A stretch of 64,000 bases of DNA, from the NCBI GenBank assembly GCA_030390025.1, contig CM059432.1, positions 38,876,001-38,940,000 of the forward strand, in the 5' to 3' direction. Source of the stretch: Squalus acanthias (taxonomy: Eukaryota). The stretch's first letter is position 1; each line of letters opens with the position of its first letter. Below the pieces are notes generated by a model that was not told the origin of the DNA, searched no databases, and saw only the letters and a program-made list of their open reading frames with translations. Shown piece after piece: positions 24,186-38,719 of this stretch. A program made the translations under genes and the position numbers.

Positions 24186-25019
24186 CCAGTAAAAATCCCA
24201 GAATTGATTGGAATTTGACTGTAAAACAGCAGCCTTATATGACATAAACAGACCTATTGTTAAAAAACAGCAAATCCTCTGACTCACCGTGAGCAAAGCT
24301 ACAAGAGATCTATGATTATAATAGTCAATTTCCCATGGTACTTCACACAATTAGTCAGAGAATATGGTCTCTCACTTACCTATCTCTGCTGTATTTGTAT
24401 TGCTATTTCTCTCTGTCTCTACTCTTCTGGTTTTGTCTCTCTCTTTCTCTTCTTTTCTACCCTCTCTCCACTTGACTCTTCCTTTTGCTACTCTCTGTCA
24501 TTTTCTTCTTTGCTTTCCTTTTGGGTTGAAGATGCTAGATCGTATGGCATTGTGTCCCAGGGAAAGGAGTCACTATGGTTGCAAGCATTTGAGGTGGAGT
24601 TTGCGGGGAAAATGTGAACCTCATTGGATCCTTTCCCATCCCTTCTCCCAGTCATTCATGCTTCCCTCTCACCCACATGCTCCCATCATATCTCCTGACC
24701 CTTCACCTTCCCACCATCCATTCTTCTCCCCACCACAACTTCACTTCCTCTACCTCTTCCCATTTGAACTATACACTGAACCATTGTATCCTCCACTCTC
24801 TCTCTGCTCCAGTGTCACTCCACTCACCCTCAACTCTCCATTCACTCCCTCCACTCCCACTCATTCCTTCCAAGGACCAATGCTGAAAGGTCAGAGGTCG
24901 ATCCCCTTAATCAATTTCCCTCTCCCCTTCCGCTTCTACCCTACCTTCCTATCTGTTAAATCCTTATTTTTGGACATTTCAGTTATTGAGAAAAAAAAAT
25001 GTCAGATGAAAAAAACTGA

Positions 25020-25500
25020 GAAAGCATTTCAACAGAATGTTAGCAAGACTCCAAGGGTTAGATTATGAGGAGAGATTACATAAACTAGACTTGTATTCCA
25101 TGGAATACAGAAGGTTAGGGTTGATTTGATTGAGGTTTTTAGGATTTTGAAAGGAATTGAAAAAGTAGATAGAGAGAAACTTTCCCACTGGTTGAGGAGT
25201 CTGGGACAAGGGGACATCACCTTAAAATCAGACCCAGGCCATTCAGAAGAGAAGTTAGGAAACAATTCTTCACACAAAGGTGGTAGAAATGTGGAACACT
25301 TTCCCACTAAAGGCAATAGATGCTCGCTCAATTAATAATTCTAAATCTGAGATTGATAGATTTTTGTTAGCCGAGGGTATTGAGGGATATGGAGCCAAGG
25401 CAGGTGGAAGGAGTTAGGATACAGATCAGCCATGATTTGATTGAATGGCAGAACAGGCTCGAGGTGCTGAATGACCTACTCCTGTTCTTATGTTCCTATT
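25020..25500 (+). mobile_element. CR1 LINE 3' end
   Basis: IEVFRILKGIEKVDREKL and the tail tgttcttatgttcctat. Confidence 0.9.
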
Positions 25501-28059
25501 GCACTGTTTTATCTTCAGGATCCAAGCCAAGTGGTTTCCACTTGGCCTCCATGCTGGGGTTGGTGTGTAAACAGGAAACAAGAAAATCCAACCCCCCACC
25601 ATCGGATAACTTGCACCTGAACTGCAGATCGCAGAGTAAACCTGATATTTTGTAGCTGGGTACAAGAAAAGGGGGAGCAAGTGAAGGGATATGACAATGA
25701 CGTAAAGTGATGAAGTCATCAGTCGGTCAAGCTCCTCCCACCTGCTACTAAAATTACATTTTTATTCTGGCCTCTCACAGATTCACAGAAGCTACAATAT
25801 TTCTAACTCCGAGCCAATTTATTCTACATCACCGGTGATTTTAAGTTAATGCTTTCAATACCAGGTTCTCTCTGCTGGTCGGTGCACCCCAAGCGTTACG
25901 GCGTCACCGTGTGAATGTTATGACTCTGCAGATTTGAGACCACGTTAGACCCAACCAACTTAGATCGGGTTCCGGAGGTGTCAGTGTGAATGGACTCTCC
26001 AAAGACCAAGTGAGCTCGGAAGCGATTCATTCTCTCTTTGCTTGCTACACTGAGGATACATATTTAGATTTTTACCAACGTTTTCTAGTTTTGGCAGTAA
26101 AGAATGCAATTTCACAGCATTTCCTGTTTTGTTTGTGAATCGGTGCGGTTTCACTGGGCACCTTGTTCAAAGCTCGATCTTTGGAAAAATGGAATTGAAC
26201 TGGCCAGTAAGGGTATTTTTCAGTCTGAACTTTATTGTATGACCAATGGAAGCTGGACTGATTACACGAAGGCGAACTTTCTAGAGAGTGTGTGTGTGAG
26301 GGGTGGGTGGGGGGGGAAGTCATTATGTAAACTCGTGAATATTATTGTACAAGTATTGACCGAGTGCCAAAATATTTGACAAAGGATTACAGAAGTGATA
26401 TTTCTCATACAAAGCGAGTGCAAACTATATTGTATGAATACATTTTGTACTCAGTTACTGTGCACTCAGTTTTGCAGATACCAACTATTTGTTGACTTAC
26501 AATTAATGGTGACGTGCGCGTCTTTAGCAAACCTGGGAACTCTCAGAGTTTTCATTTCTTCGAGGTCTCGGGAATATAAGAATAAGAGCGATGTTTCTTG
26601 CCACCACACAAACTAAATAGTTCAGTTTAATGCCAGAAACAAAAATGACTTACGACCCACCTGCATTGCACTGTTCCAAACCCCATGACCCTTCCCAGTA
26701 CTTCTGAACATTCCATATCTCTGCACACTCTGTCGCACCCAGTCTCAGGGGAGCCGAAATTCCCAGGTCTGCTCCTCGGGTTACAGCTGGTGTGCAATAA
26801 AACCATTGTTTTTTTTATCAGAGAAAACTTATGCACGGGGAAAGACTTTTTAATCACAGATGGTGAAGACAACTTGTTTATTTTAGCTTCAGAATGGTGC
26901 CGGCTTCTTTATGACCAGTTTGGGTTATATTTGTTTTACTGTTTTCATTTTAAGTGAAGGATGGCATTGGGATTCGGATATTAATACAAGTGACCAGGCG
27001 ACCTACAGAGTTTTGGTAAGTTTTAAAAGTAGGTCCTCTCATTGTACTTCAGGCAATGCAATCCGAGTATTGGGGTTGCATGTATATGTGTATATAAATG
27101 CGTGTAGGTATGTGATACAAATCAGATTCTTCACTGAGACAGGTGGAGATGTCTGATACCTGTCCATCCGGCGAATACATTAACAGTACAGGTGTATTTA
27201 ACATATGTGCATATGTGCGTGTGTGTGTGTTAAATATACCTCGATTGCTCAATGGTTATCAAACCAGCATATACAGTCAAGGAGACTACTACAATGCATT
27301 CGGGTTAAACGTTGTGCCTTAGCTAAAATCATGATAAACTGTAAAAGAGTTTGTACAAATGATCAGAAATGAGTGTTTGTTCTGGAACTGAAGAGAATTC
27401 AACTATTCCCAGATCATGGACATTAAAGGCGCTATATAAATGCAAGTTGTTGCTGATTTAGTGTGTGGCAGTTAAGGCAGAAGACGTTATTGTGCAAAAG
27501 AAATGGTTGCAATGTAGAAGCAATGTATGAACATATCACTTACAGTCACTGACTTGGGTAGGTGACGGAGGCAGTTAGTTCGATTGGATTTAACAGAGAA
27601 ACAGTTCCATGTGACAAGACCCCGGGGTAGTTTACCTCATATGATGTCATTTAGTTTAAATGTTGCCTGTGGGGTTCTGTGATCTGACAGACACTGTCTG
27701 CGGCTGGGCTTTAGACGGGTTGCTTTACGAGCCAAGATGACTGTAATAAATGTATCAGGTTTATGGTTAAAGTATTGGCACTAAGAAAGAACGCGTTGAG
27801 ATTTTTTTAATTTCACACAGATTGACTCTGGCATTATTTGCAGTTCACGATGCAACTATTGGTTATTGCCTCGAGTAAAAGTCCTTTTTTAAATACACTC
27901 GTATCGTTTTTACTCTGTATTCAGAAGCCAGATTTATTTCAGAAACTACATATTTATTAAAGGAAATGAAGAGATATATTCAATGTATGTTAGTGTTCGA
28001 ACGATTTATGAATTGATTGTGAAATTATTTCATTTTAGATTAAGCTATATATAGTTTGA

Positions 28060-28735
28060 GAAAAGTTACAAATTGATACTAGGTGTGAACAGCCATTGGT
28101 TAGACCCTGGTTGGAGTACTGTTATTATGTGCGGTTCTGGATACCCCATTATAGGAAGGTTATTAAAGCTAGAGGACAGTGCAGTGAAAACTCACTAGAA
28201 TGAGAGCTTATAGTTATGAAGAAAGCCTCAAAAAATTAGGGCTTTTTTCACCAGAACAGAAACGGTTAAAGCGAGGGGGTCTAATAGAGGTTTTCAAAAT
28301 GATGAAAAGTTCTGAGAGCGTGAATAATGTAAGATTGCTTCCACTGGTTGGCGAATTGTCAACAAGAGCAGACTGGTTGAAGATTGTGGTGGAGTTCGAA
28401 GCAATGCCTTCCCATCGAGGGGTTTAGAACAGAGACTGCTTTGCCCCAATTGCCTATTGAACCTATAATATCATTTTAAAAGCAGCCGGTTCAAAGATTT
28501 GAAAGCGACCAATATAAAAGGATGTGGGGAGAGGGTATAGGCAGTGGAGTTAGAATAGAGCTAACGCCACACCAGGCTCCTTGGGTCAATTGTGTTTTGC
28601 TGCGTTCTAAATTCTATCATTATCATAGAATCTTACAACACAAAAGGAGGCCATTCGGCCCATCGTGTCTGTGCCGGCTCTTTGAAAGAGCTATCGAATT
28701 AGTCCCATTCCCTTGCTCTTTCCCCAAAGCTTTCC
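28060..28735. mobile_element. Decayed CR1 3' fragment (+) abutting a CR1 tail (-)
   Basis: SYEESLKKLGLFSPEQKRL on +. The reversed tail atcatagaatcttacaacacaaaaggaggccattcggccc starts near 28622. Confidence 0.75.
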
Positions 28736-31700
28736 AAATTCAAATCAGAGCTGATATTACAGCGGAATCTGTCCTGCCGCTTAAGGGTCTCTGCATCTAC
28801 CGGCCTGGTTATATTGAGCTGTTTAAATTGGCTACTTTCCACTGAACATTTTGGAAGCCCCAGCAAGACGTTAAGGGTTAAGGTTATGCGGCCACTTTCG
28901 TGCTGCTGAGAAGTAGATTGGTTGACAGTATAACTCCAGAATCAGTCAAAATGTAACTGGAGCAGAACAGTGGGAGACCCCGGGAGGACACAGTAGCCCG
29001 CTGCTTGGGTGCGGTATCAAATGTAGCTTTTTTTCAGTCCTCAGGCAGTCTTACCCTCGAGGACACTTCATATCATTTTGAATGTTTTGAACGCGTGGAA
29101 ACGCCAATCTGTACTCAAAATATTTAAAATGTAATAGCAACGAGTAGAACTCCACCTAACTATTCAACTACAAAGCTCTCTACTGGTAACTGAGCATTCA
29201 CTTTGCAGCCAGGCCGCGTAAATCAGGCCCTGCCAGGTTCGAATCGATTCCGTGCTACCAGTAATTCCAGTGAAAAGGCAGCCTAACTGCACAGAAACCT
29301 CTTATGTTTAATAAACACTTGAAGTGAGTCCCCAAAGTGTCCTTATTACAAGGAAGTGTCACAGGCCAAGTATTTATAAGCTACACTCAAGAGGTGAAAA
29401 ATAAAATACAGTATAAAGAAAAAGAAACTGAAAATCTGAAGTAAAAAGAGATGCTAGAAATGGGCAGCAGGTGGGCAGGAGGGAAAGAAAGACCGTTCGC
29501 TCGACAAATACTGGCGCACTTGCTGTGCATTTCCAGTGTTTCCTGCTTTTTGTAAAATATATGACAAACGATTAGAACGTATCAACTCTAGTGTATGAAC
29601 AGTTTGAGGAACAGCGGCACAATGTCCACCTGTTTAAGACCTAATATTTGCAATGGCAAAAGATTGATACATAAAAGTCGTCCATTTTTTTATGGTGCCA
29701 GTTGCAGAATCGAGTGTGTATCTGGATAATGAGGACATCGAACTACACAATTTGCAGGTTTTACTTTTAACAGCTCACTATGTGGGGCGCACACCTCTTC
29801 AATGTAATCTAAAATTCCGGTTTTATCACACGCTACATCTTGGTTGGGCTCTGTCGGTGAATCAATCTTTCAATTCAAGCGAACGTACTTTAAAAGCTAC
29901 ACAAACATAACAGATTTGTGACATAATCCTATTCTGCTTCCTCTTCAAAATGTAAATATGCTCCTCAGACCTGTACAGTCTATTGCTGCGGGCATTTCAT
30001 CCTCACACTCACATCATTCCGTCATTTCGTTCCCAGGTTTCAATATACCGACCGAATCCGTAAGGCTCGCAAAGTTACCCCCTCTGTCTCGTCGAATGTC
30101 TCTATATACTTTGAATGAAGAATAGTTATAGCTTATTGAAATATCTAACACGCATTGTTCTGGGAGTGTTAAAAGCCGTTTCATGCTCGTTGACATTTTT
30201 TGTCTGATTGATTTTCCAAATTCCTGGAGTCAAACAGCAGCTGAACTCCAGGCCGTCAGGGGGAAAAAATTTCCACGGTGAGCAAGACTGCTAACCAAAG
30301 AGCTAAAATAAAACGCTTCTACTTTATATTGCCCGAAACTACCGGAAAACCGCAAATATTTTTGAACGCGAATAGGGAATATCGGGAGGGGAAAGGGGGG
30401 AGGAAGCGGGTCAGATGAACTCCCACTCTGATAGTTTGCTTAAACCGTGACCAGTACACAGGCCGGGGGTCGGGTGCCAGCATGTTTTTGGCTGAGCTCG
30501 GAGTTTGTGAATGAGAACACGGCGCGGTCAGCCACAACCAGGCAGGATTTACTCAGCTTATTAATAAGAAACAGGGAAGCCGGGGAGAAGTCAGAGAACG
30601 CTTCTGTAAACAATGTCGATTGACATTTAACACACTCTGGAAACATAGAGCAGTAACAATTTCACTCCAGCAACTATCATTCTTACCAAGACGCAACAAA
30701 GTCCAGGTGCGGCGTGGCTCGTTTCTCCTATTATTAATTATTAAGTTGATAACATGCAGAAAGAAAACTCATTTCTTCCTTCTCGGTTTCCTGTTCAAAC
30801 CCTGCATATGTTTCCATTCCCGATCCAATGCTGTTCTATGACATACATGTACACCTTTCTTGCACCAAACGCTGCTGTTGTATGTGTATAATAAAGAAAG
30901 CTCATATCTCAACAAGGTCCTGCTCTGATTCTGCAGATAACATCTGTATGGAAGGGGAAAGGGCGCCGCCCGCCAGCACAAGAACGTTTGGCGCCAATGT
31001 TACTCAACAAATTCACCAATATACTGGAACCGAAGACTGTTTTTGTGTTTTATAAACTGTATTCATTACTCATCTCATTTATGAAGCTGTGTTAGAAGTG
31101 ATGGGGTGTTTTTTGTTGCATTGTTTGGTTAATAGTGAATTGTTATTTTAAGTGTTCTGGGTTTCCTTGGTGAATGTTGGATTGTTCTCACGGCAGGAGA
31201 GGTCAGAAGACCCGCGGAGTCTGCCAGGTGAAAATACACGAGACTAAACCATTGCATATACTGAAACTTCATGTTCTAGTTCACAGGCACCGACTGGAAC
31301 AGGGACTGGGAATCCAATACGTCGGAATATGAGAATATTCCTAGTAAAGAGAGCGCAAGTGAATAGCAATAGGCAAATTCACATGAAATAATGGCAAACT
31401 GTTTTCAAATGCTAGGGGGATTTATGTATCTTCACAGGCTCGGATTGGTTTATTTTACCCTCGTTAATTTTAACCCCTTTCGTGTAGTTTCCTTCCGGTA
31501 TTTATTTCAAAGTACTCAAAATCGCTTCTACGTTACAAGTTCAAATACTGTGCAAATAAAATGCAATCAGATTCTTTCTCCCAATATAATTGTTACCGTC
31601 TCCTGTCAGTATTTTATCCTCACTCACACCAGTAACTTGGAGCTGGTGTTATTTCAACAGCCAGTGATACTGCGCCGGCAGACTGTCCGCACTCTCAGCG

Positions 31701-33309
31701 TCCTTCGTGGGAGGTAGAAATCAAGACAGATTCACATCCGTCTCAGGTATCAGACTCGATCGCTCCCACGTCCTATCAAAGAACAGAATCCAGACTTCTG
31801 TGTCGAATGTCTCAGTATTAAAGGAACTGTTAATACACCCAGTGAACGCAAGGCAAGCCCAGTCTCCATCTCTTTAAGGAACAATAACCAGCGCGATACT
31901 TCCAGGTGTTATGATAGGACCTAACATGAAGCCAAGAGAGCTGGTGCCTCAAGGCACCATTCTTACTTTCCAGTGTCTGTGTCTGATTTTAGGCTGTCGT
32001 GATGTCTACATGCATTTAGGATATCCCAACACTGGACTGGGATGGGAGGGGGGGGGGGGGGGGGGGGTGGGGGTTCTGTGTCAATTTCACCGACCAGGCA
32101 GCGTCCATTCAGGCATCTTCATTGAACAGAAACCCAAAGCAAGTAATTTAATTCTGAATCTGAAGTATTTCTACAGAGGAAGACGACTACTAATCGATCT
32201 GTTCAAACTATGGGGTTGCCGAGAACGTAGGGTGATCAGAAGATAATGGCTTTCCGGATATCTGAGGATTTGACTCTTTTGGGTATTTTCGTTACTTATA
32301 GCATAACGGTGGATCACATGTCACTTCCTAAAACAACGGTGCCAGCAGGAATCACATTTTAGGAAAACTGAGATGCAATATTGTCCAAATTACTTTAAGA
32401 TTCCTACTGCAATAGACCTGCTGTAGTAATCGTTCATTTGTGGCTGTATTTACCCCGTCTGCTTTCTTACTGTTAATTCTACTGTGGCCTTGGCATCTCT
32501 CAATATCGGCAACGTTAAACTGCCAACATTATACAGTACACTCATCTAGATCGCTTGATAATTCACACGCCATATGCTTTGCCGTTTAACATTACTTACT
32601 GTACGACAATGCATTTATGGCTATTACCTACAATTTATCTTACTCAATATGGAGCAGCTACTAGACCTACACTCTCTCTGCCCCTCTGTCCTTACAAACT
32701 ATCACCTCATCTTCAACCTCCCTTTCCTCTCAAAACAACTTTGGGTCAAAAATTGCGGTCGACGGGTACCGCCGGAGTACTCCGCCGACCTGCGTAAAGA
32801 ATACACACCGACCTGGTGGCGGCCCTCCTTCGTAAACTTGCTCTCTGACGCTGCGTGCTGGAGGGCAGCGTAATGGCCCATGGATTCCAGGGACACAGCC
32901 TGTGCGATCACTTGGGCCTGGTCCTCCAATCAGTAAACAGACTGTCTTTCATTCATTTAAATTACTACATGACTTCATTACTACAAAGAAAGACTTGCAT
33001 TTATATAGCGCCTTTCACAACCACCGGACGTCCCAAAGCGCTTTACAGCCAATGAAGTACTTTTGGAGTGTAGTCACTGTTGTAATGTGGGAAACAGCCT
33101 TTACATACAGATTTAGCTTTTATGGTGGGAATCCAATTCATTGCTCATAATTCCCACTTCTAAACAAATACTGTGCACTGTGCAGAAAGTTATGAAACGT
33201 AAACGTTATTTTTTTAAAAACCTGCAGCTTTAACATACACTAGGATTGCTTCTCATTAAAGCTTTTAATGCTCCTGGATGTCATTTAATTAAATAAAAAG
33301 CATTTTTAA

Positions 33310-33588
33310 AATTTCCGGTATCCCCAAACGCTGTGGAAACGGGCCCTGTGCCTGTTTCCACCAGCCGTAAAATGTCCGACGTAATTGCTGGGCAGTTGGT
33401 GAGCAAATAGCCCAACTCCGCGCCAGTAATTAGGTTTTCGGTGGCGGAGCGGATGGCCTGTCAACACGTACGTTGACAGACCACAAGTTCGGGATTTAGC
33501 GCAAGCACATGCAGAAATCTCCATCTTGCGGTGGATTTCAAAGGTTTTCTGAGAGTATGCCGTCATACCCACTGCAAAATCCGGGCCT
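33310..33588 (-). mobile_element. Harbinger-like MITE end fragment
   Basis: Ends in GCAAAATCCGGGCC, the reverse complement of the 20172 terminus. The subterminal sequence is related. Confidence 0.6.
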
Positions 33589-33744
33589 TTACCTTTAATG
33601 TAGAAAAACATACTAAGAGCTTAATGGAAGTGTAATCAGCCAAATATCCATTCGATCCAAAGAAGGAGATATTAGGAGGGATGACTAAAAGCTTGCACAA
33701 ATAACTGGGTTTAACGAGGGTCTTAAAGGGGGACATCCTTAAAA

Positions 33745-34865
33745 ATGATGCCACATCCCAAATCTGTGTCCACCTTTCTTACAACTCCCTGTTTGAATCT
33801 CTCCAATCAGGTCTCTGCCCCTTTCACAGCACCAACCTGGCCTTAACCGAAGTCATGTGACATTCTCCATGACAGTAACCATGGTGCATTGCCCTTTCTC
33901 ACTCTCCTCTTCAGCCTTTGATATGGTCAACTACACCATCCTCCTCCAATGCCTCTACTCTATTGTCCAGTTCAGTAGGATTGCCCTGGCCTGGTTGAAC
34001 TCTTATGTCTCCAAGTGAGCCACATTATTTCCAGCAATGGCTTTCTTCTGCACCCCCACCCCCCACACACACACCATCACCTCGGGTCCCCTTATGATGC
34101 ATTATTGACCTCCTCCTCTTCTCCATTTACATTCTGCCCCTAGGTGGCATCATCTATAGACATGGGGTCAGCTTCAAAAATGTATGCTGATGACACCCAG
34201 CTCAACCACTTCATCACCCATCTCAACCTCCCCCCCCTCCACCACCACCACCACCCACCCACTGCTCCTGTGCTGTTAGACTGCTTGTCCAACATCCAAT
34301 CTTGGATGAGCTGCAATTTCTTCCAGTTAACCATTGGGAAGACCAAAACCATCATCTTTGGTTCCCGCCACAAAGCCCATATGCATGCCACTGACTTCAC
34401 CCCCTCCCTGGCTTCTGTAACATTTCCCTCCTCTGCCCCTTTCTAAGCCCTCATGCATGCCTTTGTTACCTCCAGACCCAATTATTCCAATGGTGTCCTA
34501 GCTGGCCTCCCATCTTCCACCCTCTATAAACTTCAGCTCATCCAAATCGCTGTTGAAGTATCCTATCCCACACTTAGTCCTGCTCACCCATTACTCTTGT
34601 CCTTCATTAGCTCCTGGTTTCCCCAAAACCTCAAGTTTGAAATTCTTATCATCATGTTTAAATCCCTCCATAGCCTTTTCCCTCCTTATCTTTATAACCT
34701 CCTATAGCACTATAGATATGACCCCGAATTCTCTGTTCCTCTGTGCATCACTTCTCCCTTTGCCCCACCATTGGTGACCGTGCCTTCAGACCCTCAGGCC
34801 TCATATTCTGAAATTACTTTGCTAAACTCTTCTGCCTCGCCACACCTCTCTGTCTTCTTTTAAGA
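33745..34865 (+). mobile_element. Decayed L2 LINE RT fragment
   Basis: YADDTQL, DCLSNIQSWMSCNFFQL and HAFVTSRPNYSNGVLAGLP are L2-type motifs. Confidence 0.85.
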
Positions 34866-34999
34866 GGAGGTTGGCAAAGATGGGGTAATGGAGGAGTATT
34901 AACCAGTACTATTTTAACAGTGGTGTGAGCAGAGAGTGCTTAGTTGTACTGCTCTTAAATGAAATAAAGTTGAACCATGTTCATGCAAACTTAGACCCT

Positions 35000-36078
35000 T
35001 GTGCACTGGCTGGAGTTATGCCTAGCACAAAGGAAGATGATTGTGGTTGTTGGAGGCCAATCATCTCACCCCCAGGACCTTGCTGCAGGAGTTCACCAGG
35101 GCAGTGTCCTAGGCCCAACCATCTTCAGCAGCTTCATCAATGACCTTCTCTCCATCAAAAGTTCAGAAGTGAGGATGTTCGCTGATGATTGCAAAGTGTT
35201 CAGTTCCATTCACAACTCCTCATATAATGAAGCTGTCCATGCCCACATGCAGCAAGATCTGGACAACATTCAGGCTTTGGCTGATAAGTGGCAAGTAACA
35301 TTCATGCCACACAAGTGCCAGGCAATAACTATCTCCAACAAGAGAAAGTCTAACCATCTCCCCTTGACATTCAATGGCATTACCATCATCAAATCCCCCA
35401 CCACCAACATCCTGGGGGTTACCATTGACCAGAAACTTAACTGGAACAGCCACATAAATACTGTGGCTAAAAGAGCAGGTCAGAGGCTGGGTATTTCTAT
35501 GGTGAGTGACTCACCTCCTGACTCCTCAAAGCCTTTCCACCATTTACAAGGTACAAGTAAGGAATATGATGGAATACTCTCCACTTGCCTGGATGAGTGC
35601 AACTCCAACAACATTCAAGAAGCTCAACATCATCCAGGACAAAACAGCCCGTTTGATTGGCACCCCATTCACCACCTTAAACATTCACTCCCTCCACCAC
35701 CAGCGCACCGTGGCTGCAGTGTGTACTATCTATCTGCAGCAACTCACCAAGGCTGCTTCGACAGCACCTCCCAAACTCGTGACCTCTATCACCGAGAAGG
35801 ACAAGGGCAGCAGACTCATGGGAACACCGCCACCTGCACTTTCCACTCCAAGTCACACACCATCCTGAGTTGGAAATACATCGCTGTTCCTTCATCGTCG
35901 CTGCGTGAAAATCCTGGAACTCCCTCTCTAACAGCACTGTGAGAGTACCTTCACCACAAGGACTGTAGCAGTTCAAGAAGGCAGCTCACCACCACCTTCT
36001 CAAGGGCAATTAGGGATGGGCAATAAATGTTGGCCTTGCCAGCGATGCCCACATCCCATGAATTAATAACAAAAAAGA
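35000..36078 (+). mobile_element. Second, older copy of the 12563-14424 LINE family
   Basis: Colinear with 13345-14420, with frameshifts and the same 3' end. Confidence 0.93.
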
Positions 36079-36397
36079 TGTCTGCTTGCATTCTTTTGAA
36101 TGTGGATCACGCTACTAATGTTAGTAAAGGCCACCTTTTCTATCATTAGAAACCTGGGGTGCACTTATACTGACACTTTGGCATTACTGTGAAGAAGTTC
36201 CCATGTTGTAGTGAGGAATGCATACAGTACCCAAAGTGTAACTTGCAGTCTACTCCATAAGTTGGTTTGACAAGTGTGACTAACAGTCTCCTGCCACAGA
36301 TTGCCCACTCTAACTGTAGCATTAAAGGCAGTCCAGCAGATGATGTAGGTTCTTTTAAAACTTTAATTATTCTGTAATTTGTGCAAAGCCAAAGTGG

Positions 36398-36876
36398 TCT
36401 GAGATTCACCAGGATGTTACCTGGGCTGGAGCGCTTCAGCTATGAAGAGAGATTGGACAGGCTGGGGTTGTTTCCCTTAGAGCAGAGAAGGCTGAGGGGG
36501 GACCTGATTGAGGTGTACAAAATTATGAGGGGCATAGATAGGGTAGATAGAAAGGAACTTTTCCCCTTAGTAGAGGGGTCAATAACCAGGGGGCATAGTT
36601 TCAAGGTAAGGGGCAGGAGGTTTAGAGGGGATTTGAGGAAAAACTTTTTCACCCAGAGGGTGGTTGGAATCTGGAACTCACTGCCTGAAATGGTGGTAGA
36701 GGCAGGAACCCTCACAACATTCAAGAAGCATTTAGATGAGCACTTGAAACGCCATAGCTTACAAGGCTACGGACCAAGTGCTGGAAAATGGGATTAGAAT
36801 AGACAGGGCTTGATGGCCGGCGCGGACACGATGGGCTGAAGGACCTCTTTCTGTGCTGTATAACTCTATGACTCTA
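36398..36876 (+). mobile_element. CR1 LINE 3' end (young)
   Basis: Open frame RFTRMLPGLERFSYEERLDRLGLF... and tail actctatgactct. Confidence 0.93.
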
Positions 36877-36959
36877 ATCTCCTCCAGGTGGTCTCATGGT
36901 CAATACAGAATGCCAAATTGATGTTGATTATGCTGAAAAAAGAAAAATCTTGCATTTTC

Positions 36960-38719
36960 GGCCGCGATTTTGCCTACCGAGGCGGGCTCAGTGTGGCCGA
37001 GGTAGGTGGCGGGTTGCGACCCCACTCCCGGCTCCACCCGCTCTGTGAGAAAAAATTTCCGTTGATTTGGCTTGTTAAGCCCACCCTGCGAGGCCCCCAG
37101 CCAATTAAAAGGAAGCGGGTCTGATGACATCATTTGATGACGCATCATCAGCCGGTTTCCTTAAAGGGACCATGTCCACATTCATTTTGACAGTTGTGCT
37201 GTCAGTGTTCTACAGCATTGAGGTGCTGCAAACACTGACAAGCACTGCACAGAGGTGCACGGCTGCACCCAGGCTCTTTCATGACTCCCTCCATATGCTT
37301 ATGGAGGGAGTCACAGCATGCAGGGAGGTTCTTTTCCCTTTCAATGGGCAGAAGAGACCTCCCCAGGAGACCAACACAGCCTGGTTGCACATTGCACAGG
37401 AGACACAAGCAGGGATGCCGTCAGGAGGATCTGGCTGCAGAGGCGCAAACCTTTCAATGATCTCAGTAGATCACGAAACATCACTGCAAAGTCACACTCA
37501 ACCTTATCCTGCTGTGCCGCTCATCACATCCTCATCACTCTGCCTTCCTTACCCTACTCCTGCACATCCTTACTCACACCAACTTACCTTGCACCTCCAC
37601 CCATCTCTCTCTATCTACATCATCACTTCCCCATCTCACTAGCCACCCCACACACTCACCCTCATCCTAGTCCTATCATACCAACTAACAACACACAAGG
37701 GTAGGCAGTTGGGTGTTATCGCCAATGTTCATATAAAGTTTCTGTTGATGTGTTGCCAAACATTGACATCTTTATTTTCCACACTTTCTGTTCTTGGACA
37801 GATTTGTGTGCACCTTTGGAAGTGGCTTAGTGAGTTGCAGTGAATAATGAGACATAATGTTACCCCCCGCAATGGTGATGAGTATGAAAGGAATGGCTTG
37901 GTCATTGTAGGAATGTGTTATGGTGCTGATGTGGGGTGGTGCCAACCTGGCGCATCATATGGCAGCCAGGATGTACAGCATCAAGTGAAGTAAATCTGGC
38001 CATGGTGAAGCCATCCCTGGCCTCCCGGGCAGCAATGTGGTCGGGTGCTGATGCCTTGTGTCCTGTGCAGCTTCAGTTGATTGCGGAGAAGGCTGGTGTG
38101 GATGTTGGTGCTGCTGGTATGCCTGGTGATGTTGGTGTTGGGGCTGATCATGGTGGGATTCTGAAGACCAAGGTGAGATTTGTTCAAGGGTACCAATGCT
38201 GCTGGAATAGATGGCAGCTGAAGTTGAAATGACAGAAGCGATCTTTCAATGGTGAGAGAGCTTGCTCCCAGGAGGTGACAGTGGATAGAGAGTTTACTCC
38301 AAACACTTCCAAACTGCATAAAGCTCAAAAGTGTATTCCAAATTCTGAAGGCTCCAGCTTCTCAGATTGGAAAGTGAACAGCTGTGAAATGGTAACTTTT
38401 ATACCACTTTTGCAGCTGTCAACTATTCAGAGGAATGGAGAGTCGTTGACAGCCCGACCTACTTACCTGACGTGATCCCCAAGCACTGGGAACCTCGTGA
38501 AAAAGCTGGTAAAATGGTAAGTACATGGTGAAATAGTGTTTAAGTACCTTTTAACAAGCTCTTAAGTATCTGAATTGGCTCACCCGCCGCTTAGTGTCGG
38601 GTCTGTAACTGACATGGAGGCGGGTTGACAGCGGGATCCCGACCCACTGTCAATCTTTTCAATTTTGACAGCGGACCAGCCTCCAAACCCGTCCTCTGAG
38701 CGCCGGCAAAATTCCAGCC
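36960..38719. mobile_element. Internally deleted PIF/Harbinger transposon nested in a SINE tail
   Basis: TIRs GGCCGCGATTTTGCC and GGCAAAATTCCAGCC (12/15 match). Myb/SANT-like AAPRL..LHMLMEGV..REVLFP..AWLHIAQE / RRIWLQRRKPFNDL at 37255-37470(+). Transposase tail at ~37985-38060(-). Confidence 0.78.

Noticed and set aside
24364..25068. 234-aa ORF
   Set aside because: It translates a pyrimidine-rich low-complexity tract and runs into a CR1 fragment.
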